Source of the DNA: a virus
Lineage: Duplodnaviria; Caudoviricetes
Length of the DNA stretch: 64,000 nucleotides
IMG/VR virus record: IMGVR_UViG_3300024346_000016
Coordinates: 55,500-119,499 of that record
Reading direction: 5' to 3' (one strand)
Notes under the pieces: generated by a model
Databases searched by the model: none
Told to the model about the DNA's origin: nothing
The model's input: the letters and a program-made list of their open reading frames with translations, nothing else
Program-made: the position numbers and the translations under genes
Shown here: positions 61,251 to 64,000 of the stretch, one piece after another
Layout: every line of letters begins with the position of its first letter
Numbering within the stretch: position 1 is the stretch's first letter

Positions 61251-61874
61251 ATGAAATACATATCAATTGATTTAGAAACAACTGGATTAGATCCACAGAC
61301 GTGTCAGGTCTTACAGATTGGCGCAATAATTGAAGACACAAACGATGTTAAGCCAATCTCAGAGTTGCCTACCTTCAATTGTGTAATTGAACATCCACAC
61401 TATAGTGGTTCAGCATATGCTTTTAATATGAATATGAACCTCATTAAGATAATTGCTGGAATGGAAAAGATTCCAAGAGAAGAGCGCGGAGATTATCGCA
61501 AAAAACACAATATCTTAACTCCACAAATGGTTGCTACTGCGTTTGCAAATTGGGCAGCATTTAATGGTTGTGAAGTAGATGGAGATCGGGTAATTATTAA
61601 TGCAGCTGGTAAAAACTTTGCAGCATTTGATAAAGTTTGGTTAGAGACACTAATTCCAACTTGGAATACTAAGATTAAAATTAGAAATCGTATTATTGAT
61701 CCAGCTGTATTGGTTACAGATTGGAAAAACGATCAATCTTTGCCTGGTCTTGGAAAATGTAAAGAACGAATTGGTCTTGAAAATCATGTTACGCACGATG
61801 GATTAGATGACGCAATTGATGTTGTTGAGGTAATCCGTAAAGCTACAAATAATTATCAGAATGCGAACTATTGA
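61251..61874 (+). CDS. DEDDh 3'-5' exonuclease
   Basis: 'SIDLETTGL', 'N...FD', 'HDGLDDA'. Confidence 0.85.
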   Translation: MKYISIDLETTGLDPQTCQVLQIGAIIEDTNDVKPISELPTFNCVIEHPHYSGSAYAFNMNMNLIKIIAGMEKIPREERGDYRKKHNILTPQMVATAFANWAAFNGCEVDGDRVIINAAGKNFAAFDKVWLETLIPTWNTKIKIRNRIIDPAVLVTDWKNDQSLPGLGKCKERIGLENHVTHDGLDDAIDVVEVIRKATNNYQNANY

Positions 61875-62079
61875 TTATAGTGCAGCTTTAGAAAGCATGT
61901 ACCTTGACATGATGGAAGAAATGTACAAACACCTAAGTGCAAATTCTTTTACATGGCCAACCGATATTCCATTTGATGAAAAAGAAAAAGCAGACCTTTT
62001 AGTTGAAATGATTGACTATTTTGAAGAAAAGGAAGAATTTGAAAAGTGTGAAGAGCTCACAAAAATGAATAGTATTTAG
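61861..62079 (+). CDS. Small protein with UVR-like motif
   Basis: 'MIDYFEEKEEFEKCEEL'. Confidence 0.6.
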   Translation: MRTIDYSAALESMYLDMMEEMYKHLSANSFTWPTDIPFDEKEKADLLVEMIDYFEEKEEFEKCEELTKMNSI

Positions 62080-62091
62080 TATATTAGTTTT

Positions 62092-63051
62092 ATGATAAAC
62101 GAAACAACTCGCCTTGGCTATTGCTGCATTAACTTGTCACTAGACAGAAAGGTTACTGCAAATCGTGGAATGATTAAAAAAACCTTTCAACAAAAGGGCG
62201 TGCAATATTGCAGCGAGTTGGCTCATCAAAATATCAAAGATATCTTAACTATTTTGGAATGGAATCTTGCAAATGGTATTTACGTTTATCGTATGTCTAG
62301 CGATGTTTTTCCATGGATGTCAGAATATGAAATTCAAGAGCTGCCTAATTTCCAAGAAATTTTACCAGATATGCAAGCCATTGGCAAATTTGTACTTGCA
62401 AATAATATCCGGTTATCAATGCACCCAGGCCAATTTGATGTTTTACCATCGCCAACGCCAAGTGTTGTTACTAAAACAATCAAGGATCTAAACCAACATG
62501 CTGAAATTATGGATCTTATGGGTTTACCAACCGATCATAGATTTCCTGTTAATATTCATGTAGGTGGAACCTACGGTGATAAAGAATCAGCTGCTGATAG
62601 ATTTTGTCAAAATTTTAGGTTACTTGGTAAAGCTGCACAAAGTCGGCTTGTCGTTGAAAATGACGATAAATCTACACAATACTCAGTACAAGACTTGTTT
62701 GACTTAATTACTGCAAGAATTGGTACGCCAATCACCTTTGACTTTCACCACCACCGATTTAATACTAGCGGCTTAACTGAAGAGGCTGCACTAAAACTTG
62801 CAGCTTCCACTTGGTCATGTACGCCGCTAACTCACTACTCAAGTTCAAGGAAAACATTTGAGGATTCGTCAGTTATTGCTAGATCCCATGCTGATTATAT
62901 CTATGAAAAAATTAATCCATATGGCCTAACTCTAGATATTGAGGTCGAGGCAAAAGCCAAAGACTTAGCTGTTCTAAAATATCGTGAGCAGTATAATACT
63001 TTATTAGAAAATTATATTCAACTTGAGCATGAGCGATTGCAAGAACTGTAA
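62092..63051 (+). CDS. uvsE: UV-damage endonuclease
   Basis: 'LGYCCIN', 'YRMSSD.FP', 'RLSMHPGQF', 'NIHVGG', 'VENDD', 'FDFHHH', 'HYS', 'HAD', 'EAKAKD.A'. Confidence 0.92.
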   Translation: MINETTRLGYCCINLSLDRKVTANRGMIKKTFQQKGVQYCSELAHQNIKDILTILEWNLANGIYVYRMSSDVFPWMSEYEIQELPNFQEILPDMQAIGKFVLANNIRLSMHPGQFDVLPSPTPSVVTKTIKDLNQHAEIMDLMGLPTDHRFPVNIHVGGTYGDKESAADRFCQNFRLLGKAAQSRLVVENDDKSTQYSVQDLFDLITARIGTPITFDFHHHRFNTSGLTEEAALKLAASTWSCTPLTHYSSSRKTFEDSSVIARSHADYIYEKINPYGLTLDIEVEAKAKDLAVLKYREQYNTLLENYIQLEHERLQEL

Positions 63052-63256
63052 CTCAACCGAGGTACGAACAAAAATCAAAGGAATCTTTGATGATTTATTT
63101 GTTGGCGACGATATTAGAAATGAAAGGCTCTCTATTTGTTATGAGTGCGACAAATTTCTAGGAGCAAGCGGCCAGTGTGGAGAGTGCGGCTGCTATATTT
63201 TTGCAAAGACTGCAACTAAAGGCGAGTCCTGTCCATTGGAAGAACCTAAGTGGTAA
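63023..63256 (+). CDS. Small Cys-rich (metal-binding) protein
   Basis: 'RLSICYEC......QCGECGC....K......CP....KW'. Confidence 0.7.
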   Translation: MSMSDCKNCNSTEVRTKIKGIFDDLFVGDDIRNERLSICYECDKFLGASGQCGECGCYIFAKTATKGESCPLEEPKW

Positions 63257-63338
63257 TAAATAATTAAGATTTCTACAAATCCTCAGTTTATTCAATTAAT
63301 CCTTTTCTCTACTGAGAAAATATCTAATACCATGGAAA

Positions 63339-63563
63339 GTGACAGTATTCACCAAATTAAAAAACAATCAGAAGAGCCTGATAGGGACATGGATCCTGAT
63401 CCTAGCTACATTCTTCAACCCTCTTGGATTCGATGCCCTCTTTGCTCTGGTAATGAAATGGACCGGTTCATACTGGATTACGGACGCTATTTTCTATTGC
63501 CTATCGGCATTCTTTTTTGGACTTTATTTTTTATTCTTTAGGGAAAAACCAAAGAAATCTTAG
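63339..63563 (+). CDS. Small two-TM membrane protein
   Basis: 'LILATFFNPLGFDALF...TGSYW.TD..FY'. Two hydrophobic helices and a basic C-terminus. Confidence 0.6.
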   Translation: MTVFTKLKNNQKSLIGTWILILATFFNPLGFDALFALVMKWTGSYWITDAIFYCLSAFFFGLYFLFFREKPKKS

Positions 63564-63589
63564 TATATTATCTCTATAAACTTATTAAT

Positions 63590-63805
63590 ATGAACGTAGA
63601 ATTAACCTCAGTAACATCATCAACAGTTGATGCATTTGGATATGACCAGTCCCTAAACGAACTTTATGTTCAATTTAAAAGTGGCACAACCTATACCTAT
63701 GTTGGAGTTTCCGAATCAGTCTATGCTGAGTTGTGTGAAGCTGAATCATTTGGTAAATTCCTAAACGCCAATATCAAAGGCACATACGATTACATTAAAT
63801 CATAA
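63590..63805 (+). CDS. KTSC domain protein
   Basis: 'VTSS.V...GYD.....LYVQFKSG..Y.Y.GV....Y..L..AES.GKF.N.NIK..Y'. Confidence 0.9.
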   Translation: MNVELTSVTSSTVDAFGYDQSLNELYVQFKSGTTYTYVGVSESVYAELCEAESFGKFLNANIKGTYDYIKS

Positions 63806-63808
63806 ACC

Positions 63809-64000
63809 ATGGGATTCAACAAGTATTTTATTCCAGACCCTACTGATTTTATTGAACGACTTGAAACAGGCACAGGCCCTAGAGAGTTTGTTGCAATTAA
63901 AAAAATTGATGCAGTAATGGGCGATAGTCTATCTGTAGATATGCTCGATAAAATGTATGAAATGGTTAGAGCCGGTCGCACAAACGAGGAAGTTTTAACA
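63809..64000 (+). CDS. Hypothetical protein, 3'-partial
   Basis: ATG 63809, MGFNKYFIPDPTDFIERL..., open to the window end. Confidence 0.55.
   Translation, partial: MGFNKYFIPDPTDFIERLETGTGPREFVAIKKIDAVMGDSLSVDMLDKMYEMVRAGRTNEEVLT

Noticed and set aside
63332-63541. Alternative ORF MESDSIHQ...
   Set aside because: It overlaps 63339..63563, whose two-TM protein looks more plausible. It is not fully excluded.
568-63981. Many 60-147 aa antisense or alternate-frame ORFs in the supplied track (e.g. 7292-7672, 14746-15108, 23640-24047, 53614-54057)
   Set aside because: They are nested in long, well-supported genes, have no motifs, and are expected shadows of codon bias.
1-64000. Stop-codon reassignment as in some jumbo or crAss-like phages
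   Set aside because: Conserved genes (TerL, ligase, PhoH, UvsE) are full-length in code 11 and coding density is high without recoding.
1-64000. CRISPR array
   Set aside because: No regularly spaced direct repeats with unique spacers were seen. Intergenic gaps are too short apart from the tmRNA.

Overview
A 64 kb segment of a large (probably jumbo) T4-like myophage genome. It is AT-rich, densely coding, almost all on the + strand, and reads in the standard code. A Bacteroidota host is inferred from bS21, DUF3127 and the A-rich, Shine-Dalgarno-poor starts. Gene order: virion/neck proteins (1-11.7 kb); two long mosaic tail fibres with C-terminal peptidase-S74 chaperones; a Cys-rich FN3/Hint protein; six LamG-like lectin paralogues (24.7-31.5 kb); tail-tube-like, nucleotidyltransferase and gp15-like genes; a phage tmRNA; baseplate wedge, TerS, TerL, PhoH and a sigma factor; membrane proteins; gp26/gp51-like genes; a second Hint-terminated protein; a scaffold-like protein; an FkbM methyltransferase and glycosyltransferase; a cluster with T4-internal-protein-like leaders (including a pre-toxin-TG-like protein and a NUDIX) around ribosomal protein bS21; then DNA ligase, guanylate kinase, DUF3127, exonuclease, UvsE and KTSC. 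Four signals stand out. (1) Two colinear 129-aa C-terminal Hint domains that lack a splicing nucleophile sit on unrelated virion-region proteins. (2) A set of enzymes and effectors carries capsid-targeting-like leaders. (3) A translation module combines tmRNA, bS21 and apparent leaderless genes (promoter-N6-ATG). (4) The LamG lectin array has a cassette architecture. All protein calls come from motif recognition by eye; no database search was run.
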